NCBI GenBank assembly: GCA_964510085.1
Contig: CAZEAB010000002.1
Location: 35,567 to 99,566 of the forward strand
Length of the DNA stretch: 64,000 nt
From: an uncultured Methanosarcinales archaeon
GTDB lineage: Archaea; Nanobdellota; Nanobdellia; Woesearchaeales; GW2011-AR9
Direction of reading: 5' to 3'
Shown piece after piece: positions 1 through 9,985 of this stretch. The translations under genes and the position numbers were made by a program. Below the pieces are notes generated by a model that worked only from the letters and a program-made list of their open reading frames with translations, did no database searches and was not told the DNA's origin. The first letter of the stretch is position 1; every line of letters starts with the position of its first letter.

Positions 1-2
1 AG

Positions 3-473
3 GGTTTAGAGAGAAAAAGAAAAGAGATAGAAGTTTCAATACCAGCAGGAGTAGAAAACGGCATGCGCTTACGAGTTCGAGGAGAAGGAGAAGTTGGTTC
101 ATCTGGTGGCCCTTCTGGAGACTTATTTGTTCACGTACATGTTAGTAATCATAAATATTTTGAACGACATGGCTCAGACTTACACATTACTGTACCAATT
201 TCATTCACACAAGCAACTCTTGGAGACGAAATAGAAATACCCCTTATTTCTGGAAAGAAAGCAGATTTAAAAATACCTTCGGGAACACAATCAGAAACTG
301 TATTTAGAATGCGTGGAAAAGGAATGCCTAATCTTAACAGTGGCCATGGAGATCAGATGGTAAAAGTTCATGTAGAAATCCCAACCAAGTTAACCAAGAA
401 ACAGAAAGAATTACTTAAACAGCTTGGTGAAAAGAAACCATCTGTAAGTTTTCTAAAAAAAATATTTGGGTAA
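3..473 (+). CDS. dnaJ: Chaperone DnaJ, C-terminal part (5' end outside window)
   Basis: Frame open from base 3: EIEVSIPAGVENGMRLRVRGEGE...GDLFV...ISFTQATLG...IPSGTQ...RGKGMP, typical DnaJ C-terminal domain. Confidence 0.95.
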   Translation, partial: GLERKRKEIEVSIPAGVENGMRLRVRGEGEVGSSGGPSGDLFVHVHVSNHKYFERHGSDLHITVPISFTQATLGDEIEIPLISGKKADLKIPSGTQSETVFRMRGKGMPNLNSGHGDQMVKVHVEIPTKLTKKQKELLKQLGEKKPSVSFLKKIFG

Positions 474-731
474 TTATTTCTTAACTGCTTGATATACTCC
501 AGCTGCAATTGTTCCATACAAAACTGCTTGATATCCAAGATTACCAAGTAATATACCTGCTGCAGTTGCTTGTAATACAGTGCCACCAATTGCTCCTACT
601 ACTTTACCTGCTGTTGGAAATCTATCATTAAATGTTTCATGAATTGTTCTACTATTACCTACATCTCTACCTAAATCCATTCCTTTTCTTGGAACGTATG
701 TAATTCCATTTGCTATCTTTTCTAAATTCAT
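474..731 (-). CDS. Small Gly/Ala-rich hypothetical membrane protein
   Basis: 85 aa ORF with hydrophobic C-terminal half; upstream GAGGGA and TATA-like TTTATAA. Confidence 0.6.
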   Translation of the reverse strand: MNLEKIANGITYVPRKGMDLGRDVGNSRTIHETFNDRFPTAGKVVGAIGGTVLQATAAGILLGNLGYQAVLYGTIAAGVYQAVKK

Positions 732-853
732 TTTATTCCCTCGTATTTCTATACTATTTCTAAACTCTTTTCTTTATAAACATTTCGGAACAAACACCAC
801 TCAAAAGTAACAAAAATAGAAAACTATATAAATCACTTCCTCTATAACACAAT

Positions 854-1837
854 ATGAAGAAACATATCACGGCATCTGTAAACATACTCAAAAAATTACA
901 ACATCCGTCAGGATTATTTTCAGCAGCGCCTAGCAACAATACAGGATATCATAGAGCGTGGATTAGAGATACAATCTATGAAGCACTGGCATTAGAAAAA
1001 CACGCTCCAAAAGCCGCTATTAAAGCGTACAGAGCACTTCTAGGCATCTTCTTGAAACACGAATATAAGATAGATTGGGCCATAAAAGAGAAACCAAATG
1101 CCGCGTTTAAATACATTCATGCACGATATCATCCAACGTCATTAGAAGAAATACACGAAGAATGGGGAAATAAACAAAATGATGCAATAGGCGCATTCTT
1201 ATTTCATGTAGGAAAACTTCCAGAAATCTTGCGAGATATTAATGACTTCAGAATCATACAAAAATTAGTTTTCTATCTCGGAAGGGTTGAATATTGGCAC
1301 GATACTGACAATGGAATATGGGAAGAATATGAAGAAATACATGCTTCTTCAGTAGGAGCATGTGTAGCAGGATTAAAAGCTGTTCAAAATCTTGTATATG
1401 TTCCAGAAGAATACATCACAAAAGGACAAGAAACACTAAATTGGTTACTCCCAAGAGAGTCTGTTACAAAAGATGTAGATCTTGCATTATTATCATTAAT
1501 ATATCCTTACAATATTGTATCTGAAAAACAAGCAGAACAAATTCTTCATAATGTTGAAACAAAATTAGTTCGAGAAAAAGGAGTTATTCGATATGAAAAT
1601 GATGCATATTACAACGACAATGGAGAAGCACAATGGACGTTTGGATTTCCGTGGTTAGCAATTATTCATAAACAACAGGGAAATTCTGTAAAACATCAAG
1701 AATATCTTCAGAAAACAATTTCAATATTAACTAAAGAAAGTGAATTGCCAGAACTCTATTTATCAGAATCACAATTACCTAACGAAAATACACCTCTTGG
1801 CTGGAGTCAAGGTATGTTCTTGCTTGCATTAGAATAG
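854..1837 (+). CDS. Glycoside hydrolase family 15 (glucoamylase-like) protein
   Basis: Y..AWIRD, QND, DNGIWEE, GVIRYEND.Y, LPELY, PLGWSQ motifs. Confidence 0.85.
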   Translation: MKKHITASVNILKKLQHPSGLFSAAPSNNTGYHRAWIRDTIYEALALEKHAPKAAIKAYRALLGIFLKHEYKIDWAIKEKPNAAFKYIHARYHPTSLEEIHEEWGNKQNDAIGAFLFHVGKLPEILRDINDFRIIQKLVFYLGRVEYWHDTDNGIWEEYEEIHASSVGACVAGLKAVQNLVYVPEEYITKGQETLNWLLPRESVTKDVDLALLSLIYPYNIVSEKQAEQILHNVETKLVREKGVIRYENDAYYNDNGEAQWTFGFPWLAIIHKQQGNSVKHQEYLQKTISILTKESELPELYLSESQLPNENTPLGWSQGMFLLALE

Positions 1838-2194
1838 TCAATGAAGTTCCATTCTTTCAATAGAGATATACTCTTTTGACGGTTTTATTGTTAATGTAGT
1901 GTTATAAAGAAGGTCAATACCAACTAAACTCAAATCAGAGTCAGATTCAATAATCAAAACTTTCTCCATTTTTCCTAACCATTGCATTTCAGTTTTATAT
2001 ACATTACATTCCTGACTTTGTCCATTTGCAAGAATATACCCACTGGTTGCAATTGGTCTTAGATGTAGCTTTCGTATTGTTTCTTTTGGTAACATTAACA
2101 TTCCATTAAACCCAGTATCAACAACCGCTTCAATTTCAATTTTCTGAATTGAGAATGTTACAAATGGCAAACCAAAAAGAAATCGTGTTTTCAT
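1838..2194 (-). CDS. Clan AA (retropepsin-like) aspartic protease
   Basis: AVVDTGF catalytic motif, LANG flap, LVGIDLL C-terminal motif. Confidence 0.85.
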   Translation of the reverse strand: MKTRFLFGLPFVTFSIQKIEIEAVVDTGFNGMLMLPKETIRKLHLRPIATSGYILANGQSQECNVYKTEMQWLGKMEKVLIIESDSDLSLVGIDLLYNTTLTIKPSKEYISIERMELH

Positions 2195-2412
2195 TCGATA
2201 ATTATTCCTACAACATATGCTGTTTTTACACCAACTCTTTTTAGAAAGAATTTTCGATGTGGGTGTTTCTTTTGAGCTTTCTCAATGGCATCAATAGATC
2301 TCTTAGCAACAAAATACTCCCCACTTTCTTCTTCAATTGCAACAACCTGGCCAACCTTATCTTTTAACTTTTTCTCAATATTGTACCATAATTCTTCTAT
2401 TTTTGTGTTCAT
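2191..2412 (-). CDS. DUF5678-like small protein coupled to the aspartic protease
   Basis: GQVVAIEEESGEYFV...FFLKRVG pattern; 4-nt ATGA overlap with the protease. Confidence 0.65.
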   Translation of the reverse strand: MNTKIEELWYNIEKKLKDKVGQVVAIEEESGEYFVAKRSIDAIEKAQKKHPHRKFFLKRVGVKTAYVVGIIIE

Positions 2413-2485
2413 GTTTCTGTAATCACTTCAATTAATATAAATATTTCTATTAATTAAACAAAACTATTATAAATTAGGCCACAAT

Positions 2486-2791
2486 ATGCCCTCTATGGCT
2501 AGACCAAAATTCAAACAACGGTGTGCTCTCTGTAAAGAGAACATGGTAATAATGTATTCTCATAGACAATTCCCTAAATGTGTAGATTGTCACATGAAAG
2601 AAATTAACAAGCCAGTTACTGATAAGAAATACAAGAAACTTCTCGACATTCCAGAAGAATTATACCGAAAATCCTCATTTTTACGTAATATTAAATCAGC
2701 CTATCTTCGATTTGATAACTTAACAGAAAATCAAGTAACTGCATTTAAGAAGACAATCAAAGATCTTCAAGAAGATAAAAAGGAAGAATAA
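2486..2791 (+). CDS. Hypothetical Zn-finger protein
   Basis: CALC...CVDC pairs, 101 aa. Confidence 0.6.
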   Translation: MPSMARPKFKQRCALCKENMVIMYSHRQFPKCVDCHMKEINKPVTDKKYKKLLDIPEELYRKSSFLRNIKSAYLRFDNLTENQVTAFKKTIKDLQEDKKEE

Positions 2792-2874
2792 GCTTAATTT
2801 CTAACCAAAAGCCTTATAAATAACCTCTATCCCCATTGAATAACCGTTTGAACTACCAGTGGTAGGAGGAAATA

Positions 2875-3513
2875 ATGAATAAAGAAGAAATACAAAAAGC
2901 ATTAGAACAACTCAAAGCGCAACCTAAGCGTAAATTCTCACAATCATATGACTTAATCATTAATTTAAAGAACCTCGTTATTAAAACAAGTCCAGTAGAC
3001 TTCTTCGTAACATTACACTACCCAAAAGGAAAACAAGTGAAAGTAGCAGCATTCGTTGGTACTCAATTACATGATCAAGCAAAACAATTCTGTGACCTTG
3101 CTATTAGCGAGACAGACTTTGCAAAATATTCTGATAAAAAAGAACTTAAAAAACTAGCTGATTCATATGACTACTTTATTGCACAAGCAAATCTGATGCC
3201 AAAAGTGGCTCAAGCGTTTGGTAAAGTTCTAGGAATAAAAGGAAAGATGCCAAATCCAAAATTAGGATGTGTAGTTCCACCAAATGCAAACTTAGAACCA
3301 TTAGTAAAGAGATTAAACTTATCAGTACGAATGCAAGCAAAGAAAGCAACAAACTTACAGTGTATGGTCGGAAAAGAAGACCAGCCAGACGCAGAGATTA
3401 TAGATAACATTCTTACAGTATACAATGCAACATTAAAACAATTACCAAATGAAATTCAAAACGTGAAAAACGTTGTATTAAAAACAACAATGGGAAAACC
3501 GGTGAAGTTATAA
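2875..3513 (+). CDS. rpl1: 50S ribosomal protein uL1
   Basis: KRKFSQSYDLIINLK, GKVLG.KGKMPNPK.G, KTTMGKP. Confidence 0.97.
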   Translation: MNKEEIQKALEQLKAQPKRKFSQSYDLIINLKNLVIKTSPVDFFVTLHYPKGKQVKVAAFVGTQLHDQAKQFCDLAISETDFAKYSDKKELKKLADSYDYFIAQANLMPKVAQAFGKVLGIKGKMPNPKLGCVVPPNANLEPLVKRLNLSVRMQAKKATNLQCMVGKEDQPDAEIIDNILTVYNATLKQLPNEIQNVKNVVLKTTMGKPVKL

Positions 3514-4352
3514 TGCCATCACAACAAAAGAAGGATCTTGTACAAAAGTTGATTGCACAGATTAAAGAATATCCTATTGTTGGTCTTGTAAACATGGAAA
3601 GTCTTCCAGCACAGCAATTACAGAAGATGCGTGCAATGTTACGAGGTAAAGATGTTCAAATAGTTATGACACGAAAGAAATTAATTGTTCGTGCTTTAAC
3701 AGAATCAGGAAAAGAAAATATTGCAGCACTTACAGAAAAAGTAAAAGGAATGCCTGCATTACTGTTTTCAAAAGATAACCCATTTACACTTAACGCAATC
3801 ATCCAAAAGAACAAATCAGCGGCTCCCGCAAAAGCTGGGCAAGTACTTCCAAATGACGTAGAAGTAAAAGCAGGCCCAACAAACTTTGCGCCGGGACCAA
3901 TTATCTCTGAATTGGCATCAGTTGGAATTAAAACAAAAGTTGAAGACGGAAAATTAGCTATTATTGCTGATACTACTGTTGCAAAGGAAGGCGATGTTGT
4001 CTCTCCGAAATTAGCAGAAACATTAAAACGTCTTGATATACAACCGATGGAGATTGGGTTAGATCTAGTTGCAGTATGGGAGAATGGTTTAGTCTTCAAT
4101 GCAAAGCAACTTCACATAGATGAACAAGAGTATGTACAGAAAATTACACAAGCAGCTCAGTGGGCAGTTAATTTAGCAATTGAATCTGCGTATCCTACAG
4201 CTGATACAACTGAATTACTCTTACAAAAAGCGTTTAGAGAAGCAAAAACGCTTGGTCTTGAACAGAACATAATCAATGACGTTACTAGGGACGATATCCT
4301 GGCAAAAGCAGACCGACAAGCTCAGTCTGTGAAGAATGAAGCAAAATTATAG
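3513..4352 (+). CDS. rpl10: 50S ribosomal protein uL10 (P0)
   Basis: LPAQQLQKMR, APAKAG, AGPTNFAPGP, L..L.I.P; uL1-uL10-P1 operon. Confidence 0.96.
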   Translation: MPSQQKKDLVQKLIAQIKEYPIVGLVNMESLPAQQLQKMRAMLRGKDVQIVMTRKKLIVRALTESGKENIAALTEKVKGMPALLFSKDNPFTLNAIIQKNKSAAPAKAGQVLPNDVEVKAGPTNFAPGPIISELASVGIKTKVEDGKLAIIADTTVAKEGDVVSPKLAETLKRLDIQPMEIGLDLVAVWENGLVFNAKQLHIDEQEYVQKITQAAQWAVNLAIESAYPTADTTELLLQKAFREAKTLGLEQNIINDVTRDDILAKADRQAQSVKNEAKL

Positions 4353-4368
4353 ACGGAGGACGTAAAAA

Positions 4369-4680
4369 ATGGAATACATTTACGCAGCAATGTTGCTCCA
4401 CAAAGCGGGAAAAGACGTGACAGAAGACGCAGTTAAAGCTGTTTTAACAGCAGCTGGTGTAACTGTCGATGAAGCACGTGTGAAAGCACTCGTTGCAGCT
4501 CTTCAAGGTGTAAACATTGATGAAGCAATCGAGAAAGCAGCAGCAGTAGCACCTGTTGCCGCAGCAGCAGCTCCAGCAGCTGGTGGAGAAACCAAAGAGG
4601 AAAAGAAAGAGGAGAAGAAAGAAGATAACCAAAAAGCAGAAGCATCTGCAGCAGCAGGTCTTGGTGCATTATTTGGATAA
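4369..4680 (+). CDS. rpl12: Ribosomal stalk protein P1/L12
   Basis: [11 protein letters not shown] start, Ala-rich hinge, GLGALFG end. Confidence 0.98.
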   Translation: MEYIYAAMLLHKAGKDVTEDAVKAVLTAAGVTVDEARVKALVAALQGVNIDEAIEKAAAVAPVAAAAAPAAGGETKEEKKEEKKEDNQKAEASAAAGLGALFG

Positions 4681-4683
4681 ATC

Positions 4684-4707
4684 TTTTTTTTTCTCTTTTC
4701 TCTTTTT
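4684..4707 (+). terminator. Oligo-T tract after rpl12, probable archaeal terminator
   Basis: TTTTTTTTTCTCTTTTCTCTTTTT immediately after the stop codon. Confidence 0.5.
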
Positions 4708-4726
4708 CATAATTACGTGATCGTAC

Positions 4727-5569
4727 ATGACTGATAATGCAGAACTACGAAAAGAATTTGAAGGAAAAAGGAAAGAATTACACTCACTACTTTCTAAAAT
4801 AAAATCAATTAATACTGAGAAGGAAGATATTTATCGACAAATCCGTTCTATTCGAGATAAAATAAAAGATCGTTCTCTCAAAATTCAAACATACAAAGAA
4901 GAACGTGATTCTCTTACAAAAGAAGTAAAAGGCCTTAAGAAAGAGAGAGAGAAACTAAACCTAGATGTTAAACAGAAAGCATCAACAAAAAAAGAAGTAA
5001 CCGAAAGAACTCCATATACTCCAAGAGCAAATCCTGGTAGAATTAAAGCAGAGATCCGTAATTTAGAAGAAAAAATAGAAACCGAAGTAATGCCATTTAA
5101 CAAAGAACAACAATTACGTAAACAAATCAAAGAATTACAATCACAACTTAAAGAAATTGAGAAACACAATAAGGCAGTAAGTGAACAGAAATCTTCATCA
5201 TCTGACTTTGCAAAAGTACGAAAACAAGCACAAGAATCGCATAAACTCGTACAAGAAAAAGCACAAGCATCTCAAGAGAAGCACGAAAGTATGAATAAAT
5301 TGTATGAAGAAATACGAAAATATCGTGATGAAGAAAAACCTCTTGCACAAAAATATCTTGAAATGAAAAAAGAGTATTTGGCACTTAAAAAAACAGTAGA
5401 AGAATTACAAGCTCGTGTAAAAGAATTAAGCGAATTATTTAAAGACACAGATACTAAAAACTATAAACAAAGAGTCAAAGAAAAAACAGCTGAAGTTTCT
5501 GAAAAAATCAAGAAAGGAAAGAAGCTTAGTACTGAAGATATTCTAGCGTTTCAAGCGAGTAAGGATTAG
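4727..5569 (+). CDS. Archaeal coiled-coil protein (COG1340-like)
   Basis: K/E-rich heptads, AQESH..V.E.A..SQ..H, C-terminal GKKLSTEDIL. Confidence 0.75.
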   Translation: MTDNAELRKEFEGKRKELHSLLSKIKSINTEKEDIYRQIRSIRDKIKDRSLKIQTYKEERDSLTKEVKGLKKEREKLNLDVKQKASTKKEVTERTPYTPRANPGRIKAEIRNLEEKIETEVMPFNKEQQLRKQIKELQSQLKEIEKHNKAVSEQKSSSSDFAKVRKQAQESHKLVQEKAQASQEKHESMNKLYEEIRKYRDEEKPLAQKYLEMKKEYLALKKTVEELQARVKELSELFKDTDTKNYKQRVKEKTAEVSEKIKKGKKLSTEDILAFQASKD

Positions 5570-5571
5570 GG

Positions 5572-6117
5572 TCAAATCTGTTCTAACAAATCTGCCTTAC
5601 TAACAACGCCCTTCACATCTCCTTTCTCTGCAACTAATAGAATAGCATAATTCTTCAATAATTCTGAAAGTGACCTAAACCCCATACTTAAAGAAACAAT
5701 CGGAGGAGCGTCATCCATAATATCTCCTGCTTTCAAATTCTCAGCACTACCTGGCTGTGTAAGAACTTTATTCAAAATAACTCTCTCCGTAATAATGCCA
5801 CATACTTTCTCACCAGACATAACTGGAACTTGAGAAATACCCTTACTTTTCATAATCTTAACAACATCTTTTAGAGAATCTTGTACATTGACAAAACTGA
5901 TTTTCTTACTCATAATCTGCTTAGCTTTCAACTCATCTCGCTGTTGTAACCTCTCAAGAGCTTGAAATATGCTTCTTGCTTTCGTATATGTTGGATCTAC
6001 TTGACCAGATTCAATCTTCGCAATAAGACTCTGTGAAACTCCCGCAGCAATAGCTAAATCATGTTGATTAAGTCCATGCTTCTTCCTAAGTTTTTTAATT
6101 TCTTCTATATTATTCAT
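5572..6117 (-). CDS. XRE-type HTH transcriptional regulator with CBS pair
   Basis: RKKHGLNQ..LA..AGVSQSLIAKIESG..DP followed by two CBS repeats; start moved to MNNIEE. Confidence 0.9.
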   Translation of the reverse strand: MNNIEEIKKLRKKHGLNQHDLAIAAGVSQSLIAKIESGQVDPTYTKARSIFQALERLQQRDELKAKQIMSKKISFVNVQDSLKDVVKIMKSKGISQVPVMSGEKVCGIITERVILNKVLTQPGSAENLKAGDIMDDAPPIVSLSMGFRSLSELLKNYAILLVAEKGDVKGVVSKADLLEQI

Positions 6118-6163
6118 TATAGAGGATAAAAACCACATTCATTAATAAATCTTTTGTGTAAAA

Positions 6164-6179
6164 TATTCTTATATGAATA
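6164..6179. promoter_or_regulatory. Near-perfect 16-bp palindrome between divergent promoters, candidate operator
   Basis: TATTCTTATATGAATA is 14/16 identical to its reverse complement. Confidence 0.45.
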
Positions 6180-6240
6180 ATCTTGTCAAGAGTGTTTATA
6201 TAGAGAAATGGATAAAATAACTGAATTGGGAGGCATGTAA

Positions 6241-6696
6241 ATGGGAGAATTAACAAATACAATACTTGAATATGATACAAACAAAATAAGAGACCTTGGG
6301 TGGGATAGTGGCAAACATATTGGAAGATCTGTGCTTGCTGAGGTAGGTATAGCCGTAATTAAAGAAGATAAGCGGGTTAAAGAAGAAGGGAAATACTCAC
6401 AACCACAATTATCCTCACATGAAGTAGTATATGGATTACGTGTGGCAATGGAATTAAGTTTTGGTGAACTTGAAAGAGACGTAAGACTTATGGCTAATCG
6501 TTATAATAAAGCTGCTAATCATGGAAGCCAAATTCATGGTGTTAAGTATTGGGACAGAGATGCAAGCAGAAAAGCAAACGAAGGAAATGATGATAGAGGT
6601 TCTCATGTACGAGTCTACTCTCACTTAGTATTAGATGAACATTACAAAATAGAGAAAACGCCTGCTAGGAGAGATGTAGAGTTAAAAGTAGCATAG
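6241..6696 (+). CDS. Hypothetical protein
   Basis: 151 aa ORF with GGAGG upstream; no recognised motif. Confidence 0.65.
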   Translation: MGELTNTILEYDTNKIRDLGWDSGKHIGRSVLAEVGIAVIKEDKRVKEEGKYSQPQLSSHEVVYGLRVAMELSFGELERDVRLMANRYNKAANHGSQIHGVKYWDRDASRKANEGNDDRGSHVRVYSHLVLDEHYKIEKTPARRDVELKVA

Positions 6697-6756
6697 ACTC
6701 TAGCACCATAAACTACTAAAATGATTACAATTAAAATTGAAGCGAGGTAAATAAAA

Positions 6757-7995
6757 ATGACAGATAAAAACCACTTTTTTACATCAGAAAGCGTTTCAGA
6801 AGGTCACCCAGATAAAATATGTGACCAAATCTCAGACGCTATCTTAGATGCAATGATCAAAGACGACCCAACAAGTAGGGTTGCAGTAGAATGTTTTACG
6901 AAAACAGGCTTTGTTGTAGTCGGTGGGGAAGTGAAAACAAACACCTACGTAAACATACAAGAAATAGCACGAAAAACAATCCTAGACATAGGATATAACA
7001 AACCAGAATTTGGATTTGAAGGCTCAACATGCGGAGTTCTTGTAGCAATATCAGAACAATCTCCAGACATCGCACAAGGCGTTGACGAAGGAACAGGATT
7101 ACATCAAGAACAAGGAGCAGGAGACCAAGGATTAATGTTTGGATATGCATGTGACGAAACGCCAGAACTAATGCCACTATCCGCAATTCTATCTCATAAA
7201 CTAGTACAAAGACTAGCAAGTATTAGAAAGCGAGGAGAACTATGGTACTTACGACCAGATTCAAAGTCTCAAGTAACTGTTGAATACGAAAACGGCAAAG
7301 TAAAACGAGTAGATGCTGTAGTCATCTCAACACAACATCATCCAGATGTAGACCTAGAAACAATTCGAAAAGATATGATTGAACGAGTTGTAAAACCAAT
7401 TTGCCATGATTACATTGATGAGAATACAAAATACTTCATCAACCCAACCGGCAAATTCGTAATAGGTGGACCTGTAGGAGATGCGGGTTTAACAGGACGA
7501 AAAATCATCGTTGACACATATGGTGGACACGGACGTCATGGTGGCGGTTGTTTCTCTGGAAAAGATCCTAGTAAGGTAGATCGTTCAGGTGCATATTATG
7601 CTCGGTATGTTGCAAAGAACATCGTAGCAGCAGGTCTCGCAACAAAATGTGAGGTACAAGTAGCATATGCAATTGGAGTAGCAGACCCGGTTTCCATATT
7701 AATAGAAACATTTGGTACAGAAACAATTCCAAATGCCAAGATAGTGGAACTAGTAAAACAACACTTTGACTTCAAACCAAAAGCAATGATAGAGCAGTTA
7801 AACTTACGACGACCGATCTATCAGAAAACTGCTGCATACGGACATTTTGGACGAAATGATCCAGATTTCACGTGGGAGAAAACAGATAAAGCAGAATTGT
7901 TAAAACAAGAATCAAATACACCACCACAAACTGCTACTGAAGAACCACAAGAAGTTGATGGAGACGTTCCGCCTCCGTTATATCAAAGTTATTGA
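6757..7995 (+). CDS. metK: S-adenosylmethionine synthetase, bacterial/eukaryotic type
   Basis: [50 protein letters not shown]. Confidence 0.98.
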   Translation: MTDKNHFFTSESVSEGHPDKICDQISDAILDAMIKDDPTSRVAVECFTKTGFVVVGGEVKTNTYVNIQEIARKTILDIGYNKPEFGFEGSTCGVLVAISEQSPDIAQGVDEGTGLHQEQGAGDQGLMFGYACDETPELMPLSAILSHKLVQRLASIRKRGELWYLRPDSKSQVTVEYENGKVKRVDAVVISTQHHPDVDLETIRKDMIERVVKPICHDYIDENTKYFINPTGKFVIGGPVGDAGLTGRKIIVDTYGGHGRHGGGCFSGKDPSKVDRSGAYYARYVAKNIVAAGLATKCEVQVAYAIGVADPVSILIETFGTETIPNAKIVELVKQHFDFKPKAMIEQLNLRRPIYQKTAAYGHFGRNDPDFTWEKTDKAELLKQESNTPPQTATEEPQEVDGDVPPPLYQSY

Positions 7996-8026
7996 ATAAG
8001 GGAATAATCTATTTTTAATTTATTTT

Positions 8027-8428
8027 TTATACATTTCTTCCTAAACCCATCAAAGCAGTTAAACCGCCAGCAAACATAGCTCCATATTCTGCAGTTTGAT
8101 AATTAGTTGCGTGATTTAATGTATCTCCAATACTCTGAACAAAATTAATACCACCCTGATAATCGCCAACAGCGTGACCTACAACGCCTCCAAGAATGGA
8201 CGCTAAACCAACTTTAGCCCAAGTTCGAGCCATTCTATTTGGAACTCTATTCATCTGTTGTGCAGCATAAGAAACAGCTCCAGTTGTTCCAAGAACGTCT
8301 GCAGCTAAATGTGCATTCTCTCCAATAGAGGGATTAACTTCTCCAGCAACGTACGCAGCTAATTGTGATAAACCTACAACTATCCCACCTACAACTAAAG
8401 AATTAACACCTGGATTTCCTTGTGACAT
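8027..8428 (-). CDS. Gly/Ala-rich hydrophobic protein, paralogue B
   Basis: 133 aa; shares the VGH.VG.Y.G....SI.D..N..T...AGGL block with the upstream ORF. Confidence 0.7.
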   Translation of the reverse strand: MSQGNPGVNSLVVGGIVVGLSQLAAYVAGEVNPSIGENAHLAADVLGTTGAVSYAAQQMNRVPNRMARTWAKVGLASILGGVVGHAVGDYQGGINFVQSIGDTLNHATNYQTAEYGAMFAGGLTALMGLGRNV

Positions 8429-8429
8429 T

Positions 8430-8906
8430 TTATGGCCCCGGTATTGGTGGAGTTGTTCCTCTCCAACTTTGATACGCCCACTTTGCTGGTAATGCTAATC
8501 CACCCGCAATTGCACTTGCAGCAGTTGTATGATCTTCAGTAACTGCATTAGTTACATCTGCAATACTGGTCAATGTATCAACGGATCCATCATATCCTCC
8601 AACAGTATGTCCTACTAATGCCGCTAATGCTGCTGAACCAAGACACAATACTGCATCTCTTACTCTATGCCAATCATTGTCAGTTCTCGGACCGACTTGT
8701 GATAAAGCATAACCAACACCTACTGCTGGTGCTGCTACATCTGTACCATAATCTACAAAATCAGCAATGCTTGGATCCCCAATAACATTTGAAGTAATTC
8801 TACCTGCTAATTTAATGCCACCATAAGCCAAAGCTCCTAAAACTGGACCTCGTAAATCTCTTGTATCTCGTACAGCTTCTGCTGCATTTCTAATATAGTT
8901 TCTCAT
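8430..8906 (-). CDS. Gly/Ala-rich hydrophobic protein, paralogue A
   Basis: 158 aa; TATA TTTATATA about 25 nt upstream; 1-nt gap to paralogue B. Confidence 0.7.
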   Translation of the reverse strand: MRNYIRNAAEAVRDTRDLRGPVLGALAYGGIKLAGRITSNVIGDPSIADFVDYGTDVAAPAVGVGYALSQVGPRTDNDWHRVRDAVLCLGSAALAALVGHTVGGYDGSVDTLTSIADVTNAVTEDHTTAASAIAGGLALPAKWAYQSWRGTTPPIPGP

Positions 8907-8967
8907 ACAAAGAAAATGGAGTTACTAGTATATAAATGTTGCGGAAAGTAACTACTTTAAAGTAGCA

Positions 8968-9366
8968 CTATCTCTTCCCTTTTTTCTCAACTTCACGAAG
9001 CCACATTAAACCAATTCGAATCATTAACTTATTGAACTTATCAGAAATCTTATACGTTTTCTTATACAAATCATACTCAATCATCCCCATACCTCTCATG
9101 GGTGTAAGAATACGATCATAAAATTGTCGTTTATTATAAGAAATACGGACCTCTTTCTGCAAAGGAGATCTTCCCTGCTCTTTCACGACAGCTTTACCCT
9201 CATGTAATGCCGTTGCAAACATACTCATTTCAGTCTTCCCAATCTCTCCACCATTCTCCCACATATATTTAATAAGCATCTTCCCCACAACTTCCTGTTG
9301 CTCAGTAGCAAAAATTACTTTAAATACGTCCTCTGGCAAATTAAATTGGTCTACAAGAATAACCAT
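8968..9366 (-). CDS. Hypothetical protein, possible winged-helix fold
   Basis: YNKRQFYDRILTPMRGMGMIEYD...YKIS resembles a recognition helix plus wing; start moved to MVILVD. Confidence 0.6.
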   Translation of the reverse strand: MVILVDQFNLPEDVFKVIFATEQQEVVGKMLIKYMWENGGEIGKTEMSMFATALHEGKAVVKEQGRSPLQKEVRISYNKRQFYDRILTPMRGMGMIEYDLYKKTYKISDKFNKLMIRIGLMWLREVEKKGKR

Positions 9367-9464
9367 ACAACCAGAAATGTAATTTATTATATAAATATTA
9401 CGTAAAGGTATACTGGCCAATTCCTTCCAAAAACCTTATAAATGAGTGATAAACCCAATTAAAC

Positions 9465-9653
9465 ATGGGACGAATAAAGACAACATTTGTAAAACGACGA
9501 ACTAAAGAACTCCTACGAGATCACGGAGACAAGTTCACTGACGACTTTACTGAGAACAAGAAGATAACTGATCAATATGCCGAGATCCAGAGTAAGAAAT
9601 TACGAAACATAATGGCTGGGTATATGACGAGACTTAAAAAGAAACAACAGTGA
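9465..9653 (+). CDS. rps17e: 30S ribosomal protein eS17
   Basis: MGRIKT..VKR, FT.DF..NKK, SKKLRN..AGY.T. Confidence 0.97.
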   Translation: MGRIKTTFVKRRTKELLRDHGDKFTDDFTENKKITDQYAEIQSKKLRNIMAGYMTRLKKKQQ

Positions 9654-9660
9654 TTGTGCC

Positions 9661-9936
9661 ATGACAGATAATTCTGTATTTATTGGAAACAAGGCGTTTA
9701 TGAACTATGTTACAAGCGTCGTAATGCAATTTGCAACAAAAAACGCAGACGAAGTCATTGTCAAAGCTCGTGGCAAATTTATTTCTCGAGCAGTTGATGT
9801 TGCAGAAGTAGCACGAAAACGATTTTTAGATGGAAAACTTGCAATTAAAGATATTAAGATAGACAGTGACGAATTTGAAACAGAAGGTAAGCAAGTTCGT
9901 GTTAGCAATATAGAGATTACGCTTACCAAACAATAA
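9661..9936 (+). CDS. albA: DNA/RNA-binding protein Alba
   Basis: VFIG.K..MNYV, VKARG..ISRAVDVAE, VS.IEI.L. Confidence 0.96.
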   Translation: MTDNSVFIGNKAFMNYVTSVVMQFATKNADEVIVKARGKFISRAVDVAEVARKRFLDGKLAIKDIKIDSDEFETEGKQVRVSNIEITLTKQ

Positions 9937-9985
9937 CTATATATACCTTATTTCCTTCCTAAAGTCACAAAAAGAGGTAATTACA

